Part shown: piece by piece, positions 19,561 through 30,384 of the stretch
Position numbering within the stretch: position 1 is the first letter of the stretch
Layout: each line of letters starts with the position of its first letter
DNA from: Candidatus Epulonipiscium sp.
GTDB taxonomy: Bacteria > Bacillota > Clostridia > Lachnospirales > Defluviitaleaceae
NCBI GenBank assembly: GCA_012521395.1
Contig: JAAYML010000002.1
Location: 498 to 64,497 of the forward strand
Direction: 5' to 3'
Length of the DNA stretch: 64,000 bases
Notes under the pieces: model-generated
What the model saw: the letters and a program-made list of their open reading frames with translations, nothing else
Told to the model about the DNA's origin: nothing
Database searches by the model: none
Made by a program: the position numbers and the translations under genes

Positions 19561-20454
19561 TTAATTATTTCTTTCAAACACATGCATTAAGCGTTTAACA
19601 AACGAGGTAAATCCGAAATTCATTTCTTCTTGTGGCTCATCTTCTGTTATTTTATAAGAAATTTTCCTAAAAGCCCTGCTAATTTCACTATTTGGAAAGC
19701 TAATACAAACAGGTTCTTGTAATTTAACGGATTTAATTAAGTTTTTGTCATAAGGCAGATAACCTAATTCATTAATTTCAATATTAAGAAATTTTTTTGA
19801 TACTCTGTATAACTTATTAAATATTTCCTTACCTTCTTCGTCATCTTCCACTCGGTTAACTAAAAGTTTAATATTGGGTATTAAATTGTTTTTACACAAC
19901 ACTTTAATGAGAGAATAGGCATCTGTAACGGAAGTTGGTTCAGGAGTAGTTACCAGAATAATTTCATCAGCAGCTTTAGAAAAATTGATAACAGAGTCAG
20001 TTAATCCTGCCCCCGTGTCGATTAAAATAATGTCTGCATATTCATCTAACAGGCTTAAGTTACTTATAAAATTAGATAACTGTTGACTGTTTAAATGAAT
20101 AAGATCCTGTATGCCTGAACCTCCTGAAATAAAATTAATTCCTAAGGGACCGGGAGTCATAATTTCGGCTATGCTTTTTCTGCCATAAATAACATCAGTA
20201 AGATTAAATTGTGGAACTATACCAAATATTACTTCAATATTGGCTAAACCTAAATCCGCATCAATGATAACAACTTTTCTATCGGTTCTTTGTAATTGTA
20301 TCGCCAAATTAGCAGTAAAATTACTTTTACCAACGCCACCTTTTCCACTGGTAATCGTTATTACCCGAGATTTTCTTGTTTTAAAGACACTATTTTCTAA
20401 TTGCCTGTTTTGTTCATTAACAATCTTTCTTAGTTTTTCAGCTTGATCCATCAT
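19561..20454 (-). CDS. flhG: MinD/ParA-type flagellar number regulator FlhG (YlxH)
   Basis: Deviant Walker A SGKGGVGKS. Position after flhF with a 4-nt overlap. Confidence 0.88.
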   Translation of the reverse strand: MMDQAEKLRKIVNEQNRQLENSVFKTRKSRVITITSGKGGVGKSNFTANLAIQLQRTDRKVVIIDADLGLANIEVIFGIVPQFNLTDVIYGRKSIAEIMTPGPLGINFISGGSGIQDLIHLNSQQLSNFISNLSLLDEYADIILIDTGAGLTDSVINFSKAADEIILVTTPEPTSVTDAYSLIKVLCKNNLIPNIKLLVNRVEDDEEGKEIFNKLYRVSKKFLNIEINELGYLPYDKNLIKSVKLQEPVCISFPNSEISRAFRKISYKITEDEPQEEMNFGFTSFVKRLMHVFERNN

Positions 20455-21602
20455 AGTTCATCAATACTCCCCAATAATGCTTTTGTCAATTTTTTAGGAC
20501 TAATAATTTCAATATCATCAGGAACATTTTGCCCAAAAGAAACATATGATAATGGCTTGTCTGTTAAATATCTTACATTTAATATGGTTCCTAAAGAAGT
20601 TGTTTCATCTATTTTTGTAAAAATGATATTATAATCGGATATGGAGGTGTATTGTTTTAAAATACTAAGCATATCTTTATGTTTCGTAGTTGCGCTTAAT
20701 ACAAGATAGATTTGTTTTTCATTTACAGTAGACAGTAAATAATCTAATTCTTTAAATTGCTCTGCATTTTTATGAGATCTTCCCGCAGTATCAATTAATA
20801 TTAAATCATAATCTTTCATTTTGTTAAGTGTTTCTGGTAATTCATCGGGATTATAAATCACTTCAACAGGAATATTAAGAATTTCTGCATAGGTTTTTAA
20901 TTGCTCAATAGCGGCAATGCGATAGGTGTCCGCTGTAACCAGCCCTACTTTTTTTCTTTCTGTCAGGCAAAAATGCGCTGTGATTTTTGCAATGGTCGTT
21001 GTTTTTCCAACTCCTGTTGGCCCAATAAAAAATACGACTTTAGGCTGGCTGCCATCTGCTTTTATTGGAGCAGGTTCGCCAATTAAATCCAGTATCCGAT
21101 TATAAATGACCGTTATCATTTCATTAACATCTTCCGGATTCAGCTCTTTATCTTTATCTAAATCTTTTAAAATGTAATCGGCTAATTCAGGCAATACTTC
21201 ATTATTAGTCAAATTATCATAAATAATCTGTAAAGCTGGATTATGATATCTTTGATTGTCTTCTTTAGAATCTTTTACCTGACTGGTTGTACTAACTTTT
21301 TCCATAACTTTTGTAAGTAATTCTTCCATAGAATCAAGTTTATTCTCTAAGTTTTTAATAATTTCTTTTTGCTCCTTAATAATATCATCAGCCTGGACTT
21401 TTTTAGAATCCTTTTTATTAACTTCGTCCAACGCGGCTAAAACTTCAACATATGGCTTTTTAAATAATTTAAAGATACCTTTTGGAGTAATCTTTTTTAT
21501 ATTTAAAATGAGGGCATCTTTTCCTAAATCTTCTTTAACTTTTTCAATTGCTTCCTGCTCAGTCTTTGCTTCATACTTTTTAATCTTCATTTCAAACACC
21601 AT
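20451..21602 (-). CDS. flhF: SRP-type GTPase FlhF
   Basis: 383 aa. GPTGVGKTTT, DTAGR and TKIDET G-motifs. Position after flhA. Confidence 0.9.
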   Translation of the reverse strand: MVFEMKIKKYEAKTEQEAIEKVKEDLGKDALILNIKKITPKGIFKLFKKPYVEVLAALDEVNKKDSKKVQADDIIKEQKEIIKNLENKLDSMEELLTKVMEKVSTTSQVKDSKEDNQRYHNPALQIIYDNLTNNEVLPELADYILKDLDKDKELNPEDVNEMITVIYNRILDLIGEPAPIKADGSQPKVVFFIGPTGVGKTTTIAKITAHFCLTERKKVGLVTADTYRIAAIEQLKTYAEILNIPVEVIYNPDELPETLNKMKDYDLILIDTAGRSHKNAEQFKELDYLLSTVNEKQIYLVLSATTKHKDMLSILKQYTSISDYNIIFTKIDETTSLGTILNVRYLTDKPLSYVSFGQNVPDDIEIISPKKLTKALLGSIDEL

Positions 21603-21619
21603 ACCTTCATTTTTATTAT

Positions 21620-23671
21620 CTAACTAATGCTTACCATTCCTATTGACTGTATTTCAATACTGGGATCAATTTCATTATAAGATAAGATGATTAAATCCGG
21701 AGCAACCTGTTCTGTAAGTCTTCTGAAGTAAATTCTGACGATTGGAGACGTCAGAAGAATAGGTTGCTGGCCTATGGAATTAAAGCGACGGATCTCTTGA
21801 TTTAATCTTTCAAATATTTTTTGCGTGCTTTCAGGATCTAATGCAAGGTATGATCCTTGTTCTGACTGCTGAACAGAATCCATAATTTTTTGTTCTAAAT
21901 CTGGATCAAGGGTAATCACTTTATTACTTGGCTGATTAAGAAATTTTTTAGAAATTGCTCTTGATAATTTTTGTCTGACATATTCCGTTAGTAAATCCGT
22001 ATCTCTTGTAATTGTTCCATAGTCTGCTAATGTTTCAAATATTGTCACTAAATCTCGTATGGATACAGATTCTTTTAACAAATTGGCTAATACTTTTTGT
22101 ATTTCGCTAATGGTTAATATTTTAGGAACTAATTCTTCCACCAGAGCAGGATGTGTTTCTTTAACATTATCCACTAGAGTTTGTACATCCTGCCGGCTCA
22201 GCAATTCATGAATGTGTCGTTTTATGATTTCTGTTAAATGGGTAGCAATAATAGATGGAGGATCTACGACCGTATAACCAAGAATTTCTGCTTTTTCTCT
22301 TTGGCTTTCAGAAATCCATAATGCAGGAAGACCAAAGGCAGGTTCTACAGTTTCGATACCATCAATTTCTTCTTCTACATAACCAGGATTCATGGCCATA
22401 TAATGATCAAACAGAATTTCGCCTTTCGATACTTCTACCCCTTTAATTTTAATAACATATTGATTGGGACTTAACTGAATGTTATCACGAAGTCTGATAA
22501 TGGGTACAATAGCCCCTAATTCAAGGGCAATTTGTCTCCTAATCATAACAACTCTGTCAAGTAAGTCTCCTCCTTGATTTATATCCGCAAGCGGAATGAT
22601 GCCGTAACCAAATTCCATTTCTATAGGATCAACTTTAAGAAGTGAAACAACATTTTCTGGTCTTCTGACTTCTTCAGCCTCTATATCTTCAGAAGAAATT
22701 TCTTCACTAATAGACTGTAGTTTAAGATTTTTATCAATGGTATTGGCACCAAGGAGTAATAAAATACCTACTGGCAAAGTAATGTAGTCCGGCAGTGGTG
22801 TAACCAGTCCTAAAATAATAATGGTTACTCCTGTAATTTGTAAGACTCTGGGGGTACTGCCCAACTGTTTTATTAAATCACTGCTCATATCGCTTTCTGA
22901 AGCTGTCTTTGTTACCAAAATACCTGTTGCTGTAGAAATTAATAAAGAAGGTATTTGGCTTACCAAACCATCCCCTATTGTTAAAACAGTATAAACATCT
23001 AAAGCTTCCATAATAGGCATGGGCTTTTTGGTTACAATTCCTGTAGTTCCAAGAATAATACCACCTATAATATTAATAAAAGTGATTATAATTCCAGCTA
23101 TGGCGTCATTTTTTACAAACTTACTTGCTCCATCCATAGCTCCGTAAAAACTTGCTTCATCCTGAATCTTTTTTCTTCTTAATTTTGCTTCAGCTTCATC
23201 AATCAAACCAGTATTTAAATCCGCATCTATAGCCATCTGTTTACCTGGCATAGCATCTAAAATGAAGCGGGCAGATACTTCGGATACTCTTTCAGCACCC
23301 TTTGTAATAACTAAAAATTGTATAATTACTATAATGATAAATACAATTACACCTAGAACAATATTGCCACCGGCAACGAAACTTCCAAAAGTTCTTACAA
23401 CGGCACCTGCATCTCCCTGACCTAAAATTAAGCGGGTTGTAGAGATATTTAATCCTAATCTGAACAAAGTAGTAATCAGCAATATCGTTGGGAAGGTTGA
23501 TAATTCCAAAGGTTCTTTGGAGAATAAAGCAGTTAATAAAATCATCAGGGAAAGAGAAATATTTAAAATTAATAATATATCTAACAAAAACAGAGGCAAT
23601 GGAACAATAATCATTGCAATAATGGCAATAACAAATACCCCTAAAAATATATCGCCAAATTTGAAATTCAC
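21620..23671 (-). CDS. flhA: flagellar type III export gate protein FlhA
   Basis: 683 aa. N-terminal polytopic domain with FPTILLITTLFRLGLNISTTRLIL, plus a large cytoplasmic domain. Confidence 0.95.
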   Translation of the reverse strand: MNFKFGDIFLGVFVIAIIAMIIVPLPLFLLDILLILNISLSLMILLTALFSKEPLELSTFPTILLITTLFRLGLNISTTRLILGQGDAGAVVRTFGSFVAGGNIVLGVIVFIIIVIIQFLVITKGAERVSEVSARFILDAMPGKQMAIDADLNTGLIDEAEAKLRRKKIQDEASFYGAMDGASKFVKNDAIAGIIITFINIIGGIILGTTGIVTKKPMPIMEALDVYTVLTIGDGLVSQIPSLLISTATGILVTKTASESDMSSDLIKQLGSTPRVLQITGVTIIILGLVTPLPDYITLPVGILLLLGANTIDKNLKLQSISEEISSEDIEAEEVRRPENVVSLLKVDPIEMEFGYGIIPLADINQGGDLLDRVVMIRRQIALELGAIVPIIRLRDNIQLSPNQYVIKIKGVEVSKGEILFDHYMAMNPGYVEEEIDGIETVEPAFGLPALWISESQREKAEILGYTVVDPPSIIATHLTEIIKRHIHELLSRQDVQTLVDNVKETHPALVEELVPKILTISEIQKVLANLLKESVSIRDLVTIFETLADYGTITRDTDLLTEYVRQKLSRAISKKFLNQPSNKVITLDPDLEQKIMDSVQQSEQGSYLALDPESTQKIFERLNQEIRRFNSIGQQPILLTSPIVRIYFRRLTEQVAPDLIILSYNEIDPSIEIQSIGMVSIS

Positions 23672-23706
23672 ATAAAATCCCCCTTGTTATCCTAAATTGC
23701 AAAATA

Positions 23707-24831
23707 TCAATAGCTGTGTCTTAAGCTGTATACAAAGGCCAAAATTTCTGCCACAGCCTGATACAATTCAGGAGGAATTTCTTCTCCTATTTCGACAGTT
23801 TGGTAAAGTGTTCTTGCAAGCACTTTATTTTCAACAATTTCTATATTATTTTCTTTAGCAATGTTCTTAATTCTCATAGCCAGATAATCTACTCCTTTAG
23901 CTATGACTACAGGAGCAGAATGAACACTGGAATCATATTGCAGCGCAACAGCATAATGAGTCGGGTTTGTTATGATGACATCTGCTTTAGGTATATCTTT
24001 TATCATCCTTCTTAAAGAGACTTCTCGCATCTTTTGTCTTATTTTGCTTTTTACCTGGGGGTCTCCTTCTGTCATCTTATATTCTTCTTTAACTTCTTCT
24101 TTAGTCATTTTTAAATTTTGTTCAAATTCATATCTTTGGAAAAAATAATCCGCCGCTGCAACAAATATGAAAAACAAACCGACTTTTAAACCAATATTAA
24201 TCAACAAAGAACCAATATATATGATAAATGGCATTAATTCCATATCCAATAAAAGCAAAAGGTTTTCCATTTCATCAACAATACAATTATATATAATGAC
24301 AGCAATAATAGCTATTTTACCGATAGATTTTAAAAGTTCTATCAGTGCTTGTTTAGAAAATAATCTGGAAAAACCTTTTATAGGATTTAGTCTGTCAAAA
24401 TTCGGCTTTAAAGGCTTCAAAGTTGGGTGCCAGCCAACCTGGGCAAAATTTACACTAAATCCTACTACCATTGAAATGGCAAACAAAGGTGCAACAATAA
24501 TTAACGTTTGAGTAAAAATATCAGAAGCAAATTTTAACATAGATGAAACATTAAAAAGATCATCTAATTGAGGAAAAAGCATATAGGTATTTTTAAAAAC
24601 GGAAGTGATTCTTTTATACATAAAAGAAGCAAAAATTTTCAGGCCAGCGAACATAAAAATTAGCAAAAAAGCTGTATTGATTTCCATGCTTTTTGCAACT
24701 TGTCCTTCTTCCCGGGCCTTTTCTCTTTTTCTTGGAGTTGGTTTTTCTGTTTTACTGTCTTTATCCGCAAAAAACTGTAAATCATAATAGAGTATTGGAC
24801 AATCATTTGAATTTTTATGATTTATTATCAT
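23707..24831 (-). CDS. flhB: flagellar export switch protein FlhB
   Basis: 374 aa. LQFFA..EKTEKPTPRKREKAREEGQV N-terminus and the NPTH autocleavage site (ITNPTHYAVAL). Confidence 0.95.
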   Translation of the reverse strand: MIINHKNSNDCPILYYDLQFFADKDSKTEKPTPRKREKAREEGQVAKSMEINTAFLLIFMFAGLKIFASFMYKRITSVFKNTYMLFPQLDDLFNVSSMLKFASDIFTQTLIIVAPLFAISMVVGFSVNFAQVGWHPTLKPLKPNFDRLNPIKGFSRLFSKQALIELLKSIGKIAIIAVIIYNCIVDEMENLLLLLDMELMPFIIYIGSLLINIGLKVGLFFIFVAAADYFFQRYEFEQNLKMTKEEVKEEYKMTEGDPQVKSKIRQKMREVSLRRMIKDIPKADVIITNPTHYAVALQYDSSVHSAPVVIAKGVDYLAMRIKNIAKENNIEIVENKVLARTLYQTVEIGEEIPPELYQAVAEILAFVYSLRHSY

Positions 24832-25613
24832 GGGATCAATCCTTTAATAACTTTAAACAACTCGCTGAATAACTCGTTGGAAACATAACTGAATATTGAA
24901 GATAATAAGGATGCTACAATAAATAAACATGCCAAACCTAATAATAGCCTTAAAGGCAAACCAACAACAAACATATTCAACTGAGGAACTGTCCGTGCTA
25001 AAACAGCTAATGCAACATCAAGAATAAGTACTACCGTTATAAATGGACTTGCAATTTTAAAAGCTATAACAAAACTATTTGCCACAATATGAATATAACT
25101 TCCTGTCAATTGATTCGTAAAAACGGCTTCTCCTATCGGAAGAACATCGTAACTATAAAACAAAGCCTGAATAAGTTTATGATGACCATTTCTAATAAGA
25201 AAGAGGATTAAAACAAGCAGATAATAAAAATTTCCTGTAACAGGAACTTGAATCTGACTTAGAGGATCCATAACACTGACCATAGTAAATCCAATTTGAT
25301 AATCAATGAGTTGTCCTGCTAAATAAAAGACGCTAAGGATTAAATAAACAACAAAACCCAGCAGCATTCCAATAATGAGCTCTTTCATAATGAGTAAGGC
25401 ATAGCCTATGACATGATTATCATAACTAACTGTAATATTTTGTTTTACGGAAAGCAAAAGAGTACTGATAATTAATGAAAAACCAATTTTTGAATAATTA
25501 GGAACATTCCTTCCGCCAAAAACCGGTGACGTTACAAATAAACCTAAAAATCTTACAAACACTAATAGCAAAATATCAACTTTCAAAAATACATTACTCA
25601 TTAAAAAGTCCAT
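24828..25613 (-). CDS. fliR: flagellar export apparatus protein FliR
   Basis: 261 aa polytopic membrane protein. Position fliQ-fliR-flhB with a 4-nt overlap. Confidence 0.9.
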   Translation of the reverse strand: MDFLMSNVFLKVDILLLVFVRFLGLFVTSPVFGGRNVPNYSKIGFSLIISTLLLSVKQNITVSYDNHVIGYALLIMKELIIGMLLGFVVYLILSVFYLAGQLIDYQIGFTMVSVMDPLSQIQVPVTGNFYYLLVLILFLIRNGHHKLIQALFYSYDVLPIGEAVFTNQLTGSYIHIVANSFVIAFKIASPFITVVLILDVALAVLARTVPQLNMFVVGLPLRLLLGLACLFIVASLLSSIFSYVSNELFSELFKVIKGLIP

Positions 25614-25626
25614 TCTGCATTTTCCT

Positions 25627-25893
25627 TTAACGAATATATAAATTCAAATTTTTATAAATATTATTAATAAATTCCATCATGGTTGACAGCATCCAAGGTC
25701 CAAAAATTAAAATTGAAATAAAAACAGCTAATATTTTAGGAATAAAGGCAAGAGTAGCTTCCTGAATCGAAGTAACTGCCTGAAAAATGCTAACCAGTAA
25801 ACCAACTGCTAAACCCATTAATAGCATAGGAGCAGATACTTTTATGACAGTCATTATTGCTTCCTGTGCTAAATCAATAATTAATTGTTCCAT
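25627..25893 (-). CDS. fliQ: flagellar export apparatus protein FliQ
   Basis: 88 aa, two TM helices, typical FliQ size and position. Confidence 0.93.
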   Translation of the reverse strand: MEQLIIDLAQEAIMTVIKVSAPMLLMGLAVGLLVSIFQAVTSIQEATLAFIPKILAVFISILIFGPWMLSTMMEFINNIYKNLNLYIR

Positions 25894-25904
25894 CCTTTTC
25901 CTCC

Positions 25905-26729
25905 TTATTTAAAGGTCTGAACCAGTTGACCTATCACCAAATTCCACCCATCTACCAGAATAAAAAGTAAAATCTTGAATGGCAGAGAAATCATTGCTGG
26001 AGGAAGCATCATCATTCCCATTGACATTAGGGTTGAAGCGACAACCATATCAATAACAATAAAAGGAATATATAATAAAAATCCTATCATAAATGCCGTT
26101 TTTAATTCACTAATAATAAATGCAGGAATTAAAACTCTTGATGGAATTTGCTCTTTTATTTGTTCAATATTTTCTGCATTTTCAATGGGTTCTGCATTAG
26201 AAATACCCATAAATAAGTTTAAATCACTCGTTCTGACTTGTCTGAACATAAATTCTCGCAAAGGATTCATTGCATTATCTATGGCTTCTGCCTGAGTTAT
26301 CTGACCAGCTGTATAGGGTTTTATTGCCTGTTCATTGATATCTGCCAGAGTAGGACTCATAATAAATAAAGTTAAAAATAAAGCAAGTCCAATCAGAACC
26401 TGATTAGGTGGTGTCTGCTGAGTTCCAATTGCAGAACGCAGAAAGTACAGGACAATAATAATTCTGGTAAAAGAAGTCATCATAATTAATATGGATGGAG
26501 CCAAAGAGATAATCGTTATAATAAAAAGAATTTGCAGCGTACTGACAACTTCCTGAGGTCCTTCTGCTGGTTCTAAATCAATATTGATATGAGGAATAGG
26601 CAAATTTTGCTCATCTATTTCCTGACCGTAGCTAATAACGGAAAAAAATATTATTAACATTATGGTCAAAGTGATGATTTTTATGACTTTCTTTTTATCT
26701 ATCCTTTTCATCCAGAATCTCTCCATCAA
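25905..26729 (-). CDS. fliP: flagellar export apparatus protein FliP
   Basis: 274 aa. Conserved SFTRIIIVLYFLRSAIGTQQTPPNQVLIGLALFLTLFIM segment. The true start may be an internal Met. Confidence 0.93.
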   Translation of the reverse strand: MMERFWMKRIDKKKVIKIITLTIMLIIFFSVISYGQEIDEQNLPIPHINIDLEPAEGPQEVVSTLQILFIITIISLAPSILIMMTSFTRIIIVLYFLRSAIGTQQTPPNQVLIGLALFLTLFIMSPTLADINEQAIKPYTAGQITQAEAIDNAMNPLREFMFRQVRTSDLNLFMGISNAEPIENAENIEQIKEQIPSRVLIPAFIISELKTAFMIGFLLYIPFIVIDMVVASTLMSMGMMMLPPAMISLPFKILLFILVDGWNLVIGQLVQTFK

Positions 26730-27180
26730 TGTTACTATTCTTTTTTCGAGAAGAATTTCTCACATTTTTTATCATGTCTTTAAATAATGAATCAAATTTC
26801 AAATTCGGTACTTGATGAATATTATCAGAAATATTGATTTCTTTTTCATCAATTTCCGATATAAATACGATATTGTCTTTGGTAATGGCTAATAAATAAA
26901 ACTTATTTCCTACCTTTACCAATTGCAGGCTTTTCTGTGGAGAAATTCCTACCGTTTCTATAATTTTAATATTATTTCCCTGATATTTTTGATACTGAAT
27001 TGTACCAATTAATTTCGTAACATAATAAGCAGCAAATAATACTACGACAAATAATACAATCAGGAAAAAAAACTGGCCTATCATCTTAAACCAGTTTATA
27101 TTCACTTGTCCTCCTCTATCGAATGAAGCTGATCCCTGAAGTAATAGAAAAGGCAAATATAGATTCCATATCGTATTCAT
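26695..27180 (-). CDS. fliO: flagellar biosynthesis protein FliO/FliZ
   Basis: One TM helix, then IKIIETVGISPQKSLQLVKVGNKFYLLAITKDNI, typical of FliO. Position cheY-fliO-fliP. Start uncertain. Confidence 0.7.
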   Translation of the reverse strand: MNTIWNLYLPFLLLQGSASFDRGGQVNINWFKMIGQFFFLIVLFVVVLFAAYYVTKLIGTIQYQKYQGNNIKIIETVGISPQKSLQLVKVGNKFYLLAITKDNIVFISEIDEKEINISDNIHQVPNLKFDSLFKDMIKNVRNSSRKKNSNIDGEILDEKDR

Positions 27181-27183
27181 TTT

Positions 27184-27546
27184 CTATCCTATAACCTTTC
27201 TTACGGCCTCAACCACACGTTCAGCCTGGAATGGTTTTACGATAAAATCTCTTGCGCCTGCCTGGATAGATTCAATAACCATCGCCTGTTGTCCCATAGC
27301 TGAACACATAATGATCATGGCATTACCATCAATTTTTTTAATTTCCCTGACAGCCTGAATACCATCCATTTCGGGCATTGTAATATCCATTATCACCAAA
27401 TCCGGTGCAAGTTCTTTAAATTTTTCGACAGCTACAACACCATTTTCTGCTTCACCAGCTACTTCATAACCATTCTTAACTAAAATATCTTTTATCATCA
27501 TTCTCATAAATGCTGCGTCATCAACGATTAATACGGTCTTTCCCAT
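27184..27546 (-). CDS. cheY: chemotaxis response regulator CheY
   Basis: Single receiver domain (VLIVDDAAFMR...DITMPEMDG...K). I prefer ATG 27546 (AAGGAGAGGG RBS) over the track's 27588. Confidence 0.92.
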   Translation of the reverse strand: MGKTVLIVDDAAFMRMMIKDILVKNGYEVAGEAENGVVAVEKFKELAPDLVIMDITMPEMDGIQAVREIKKIDGNAMIIMCSAMGQQAMVIESIQAGARDFIVKPFQAERVVEAVRKVIG

Positions 27547-27655
27547 AAATACCCTCTCCTTTGAATGAATATTAAAGAAATCAGCCATAGCATTTATTAG
27601 GTATTATAATATATTTAATTAAAAAATTCCATGAAAAACGTCAAATTATCGATTA

Positions 27656-28831
27656 TTATATCCTTTTATCAGGATTAACGATATCTGTAATTCTTATACC
27701 GAAATTTTCATCAATAACAACGACTTCACCTTTAGCAACAAATTTGCCATTAACTAAAACATCAACAGGTTCTCCTGCTAACTTATCTAATTCAATGACA
27801 GTACCAGGACTAAATTCTAATATATCTCTGATTAATTTATGGGTCCTTCCTAATTCAACAGTAACTTCCAAAGGAACATCCTTAATAATTTCAATATTTT
27901 CTTTTGTCTGAATCACTGCAGTTTGATCAAAAGATTGAAATTGGGCAGGTTGAACATTAATATTTGGCTGACCAAATCCAGAAGGCTGTGTAACAGGACT
28001 TTCGTAATAAGTATAAGATTGATTGGTTTGATTTTGCTGTTGTGGCTCAATCACTACTTGTGAAGGTGTAGGTTCAACAGCTTTTGCTGATTCAGCTTCT
28101 GTTTTTGTTTCCACTTTAGTACCAGCAGAACTTCTTTGAGAATTAATTAAATTTGAAGCAAGATTTTTTGCAAAATCTACAGGCAAAATCTGCATAATTT
28201 CACTGTCTATTAATTCACCAATCTTCATTTTAAAGGAAACCCTTACAATGCCTTCTTCACCGAAGCCCAAACTTTCAATCATTTTTTCTTTTTCTAATTT
28301 AGGTATAAATGCATGAGGTGGTTTAATATCTATTTTTTTATTAAATATGGATGACATGGAGGTGGAAGCAGAGCCAACCATTTGATTCATGGCCTCACTA
28401 ATGGCACTTAAATGAAGTTCGGTTAATTCTTCGTCCGTATTTTCGCCTTCCCCACCCATCATTAAATCAGCAATAATCTTGACATCACTTTCTTTTAATA
28501 TAAGCAGGTTAATACCTTCTAATCCTTCTTTAAATTCAACGTTCACTGCAACCATTGATTCTCCGTATTCACTGGCAATTTGTTCCCAAGTCATCACCTT
28601 AACATTGGGAGTGGTAATAATCACTTTTTGATTAAGTAAAGTAAACAATGTCGTTGCAGCAGTACCCATACTGATATTACCGATTTCACCTAATGCGTCT
28701 TTTTCTTCCTCCGTAAGGGGATCATTTATTGTTATTGCCTCATTATCAAGATTATCAAAACCATTGTCTTCGTCAATATCCGTTCCGCCAAGTAAAGCAT
28801 CAATTTCAGCTTGCGAAAGCATATCTCCCAT
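27656..28831 (-). CDS. fliY: flagellar motor switch phosphatase FliY (CheC-like N-domain + FliN C-domain)
   Basis: 391 aa. N-terminal LSQAEIDALL, CheC-like repeats (LGEIGNISMGTAATTL / ISEAMNQMVGSAST), a Q/P-rich linker and a C-terminal FliN/SpoA domain. Confidence 0.88.
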   Translation of the reverse strand: MGDMLSQAEIDALLGGTDIDEDNGFDNLDNEAITINDPLTEEEKDALGEIGNISMGTAATTLFTLLNQKVIITTPNVKVMTWEQIASEYGESMVAVNVEFKEGLEGINLLILKESDVKIIADLMMGGEGENTDEELTELHLSAISEAMNQMVGSASTSMSSIFNKKIDIKPPHAFIPKLEKEKMIESLGFGEEGIVRVSFKMKIGELIDSEIMQILPVDFAKNLASNLINSQRSSAGTKVETKTEAESAKAVEPTPSQVVIEPQQQNQTNQSYTYYESPVTQPSGFGQPNINVQPAQFQSFDQTAVIQTKENIEIIKDVPLEVTVELGRTHKLIRDILEFSPGTVIELDKLAGEPVDVLVNGKFVAKGEVVVIDENFGIRITDIVNPDKRI

Positions 28832-29818
28832 TTAAATTTCCTCCCTTCGCTCAACAGCAGTTATCTGTACTGCGTTTTGCTTTCTATGAATTCCAGGTTT
28901 ACCATAAAACTTTAAGAGATTACCTGCATAAATTTCTAAATCTGAATTGATATATGAGTCCAGCTTTATCACATCACCAACTTGAAGATGAATAAATTCT
29001 TCAACGGTGATATGTGTTTTTCCTAAAACAGCTCTTATGGGGATTTTTGCAATTTCAAGTCTCTTTTCTAAGAATTTTCTGTAGGCAGATTTATCTTCTT
29101 GCTCCACCACTGCAAACCAATACTTAGTATTTAACCGTTCTAAGACAGGTTCAAGAACTAAATGTGGAATACAGATATTCATCATGCCTTCTACTTCCCC
29201 AAGTTTAATATTTAAAGTAACTAATGCAATCATTTCATTAGGAGAAATGATTTGAGCGAACTGGGAATTGGTTTCAATCTTTTCTAATTTCGGATTTAAA
29301 TCAACTACGTTTTCCCATGGCTCTTTTAATAAAGCAATAAGTTGTGTAACAATCCTTTCTAATAGTATTCGTTCTATTTCAGTAAATTCCCTTATTTTAT
29401 CAATCATTGCACCTCTTCCGCCTAAAATTCTGTCAATGATTGAATAGCCTAAATTTGGAGAAAGGTCTATTACAATTGAACCTTTTAAAGGGGAAAAATC
29501 AACAATTGACAAAATTACAGGATTAGATAAGGAATTATTAAATTCATAGTAAGTAACGGCCTCTGCGTTAATTACATCGACTTGTGTGGGTGTTCTTAAA
29601 TAGCCAGACAAATAAGTAGATATTATTCTTGAATAATTATCAAAAATAATCTCTAATGTTCTTAACTGTTCTTTTGCAAACTTTGATGGTCTGGCAAAAT
29701 CATATTTTTTAATATGCTTTTCTTGCTTTGATTCCTGAATTTCTGTTACATCAATTTCTCCAGTATTTAATGCTTTTAGCAGTTCATCTATTTCAGATTG
29801 TGATAAAACTTCGCCCAC
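28832..29818 (-). CDS. fliM: flagellar motor switch protein FliM
   Basis: 328 aa. N-terminal LSQSEIDELL CheY-P binding motif. FliM middle domain and C-terminal SpoA domain. Confidence 0.93.
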   Translation of the reverse strand: MGEVLSQSEIDELLKALNTGEIDVTEIQESKQEKHIKKYDFARPSKFAKEQLRTLEIIFDNYSRIISTYLSGYLRTPTQVDVINAEAVTYYEFNNSLSNPVILSIVDFSPLKGSIVIDLSPNLGYSIIDRILGGRGAMIDKIREFTEIERILLERIVTQLIALLKEPWENVVDLNPKLEKIETNSQFAQIISPNEMIALVTLNIKLGEVEGMMNICIPHLVLEPVLERLNTKYWFAVVEQEDKSAYRKFLEKRLEIAKIPIRAVLGKTHITVEEFIHLQVGDVIKLDSYINSDLEIYAGNLLKFYGKPGIHRKQNAVQITAVERREEI

Positions 29819-29857
29819 TTAATCACCTCCTGGCCACTATATAAGTAAGTCATATCC

Positions 29858-30361
29858 CTATTGAACAAAGAATTCCCCAAAATAGATATCCGTGATTGTA
29901 TCGGTTTGAAAATACTCATTAATTTCATTTAATATTTCCTGACCTAATAATTCCTGGGCATTTGGCTGTAAAACTTCCTCATATTTTTTATTCCTTACAA
30001 CATTGATAATAATATGTTTAAGGACAGGCAACTTTTCAGACAGTTGTTCATTAACTTTTTTATAATCCTTCTTAGTTTTATCTAACGCCAATCCTACAGA
30101 AATACGAAGCATATGTTTATCATCATTTGCACTTTCTTGCATAAGATTAGCAGTTATGGGATCATCAATTGAAAAAATGATGATATCTTCTGAATTAACA
30201 ATTGCTTTATTTTGCTCTGCATTTACATTTTTATTTTCATTATTGTTTGCCATAGATTTAAATGAACTTAGTATAAAAGAAAGAGCTACAATTACTGCTA
30301 TTAGAGCAGTAAAAATAATTCCTAAAATGACATAAAGAAAGATTTTATTGTTTTTTTCCAT
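29858..30361 (-). CDS. fliL: flagellar basal body-associated protein FliL
   Basis: One N-terminal TM helix plus a FliL-like periplasmic domain. I prefer ATG 30361 (AAGGGGGA RBS) over the track's TTG 30388. Confidence 0.8.
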   Translation of the reverse strand: MEKNNKIFLYVILGIIFTALIAVIVALSFILSSFKSMANNNENKNVNAEQNKAIVNSEDIIIFSIDDPITANLMQESANDDKHMLRISVGLALDKTKKDYKKVNEQLSEKLPVLKHIIINVVRNKKYEEVLQPNAQELLGQEILNEINEYFQTDTITDIYFGEFFVQ

Positions 30362-30384
30362 TAGAATCCCCCTTAACGAATCCA

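Noticed and set aside
23292-23702. A 136-aa minus-strand ORF overlapping the flhA N-terminus. Similar track ORFs include 5356..5646, 30345..30542, 1431..1808, 15663..15947, 32650..32952, 36813..37181, 53364..53600 and 59032..59238.
   Set aside because: All lie inside, or antisense to, strongly supported genes or in AT-rich spacers. They have Cys/Tyr/Phe/Ile-skewed or otherwise compositionally odd translations and no RBS. They are typical spurious frames in AT-rich DNA.
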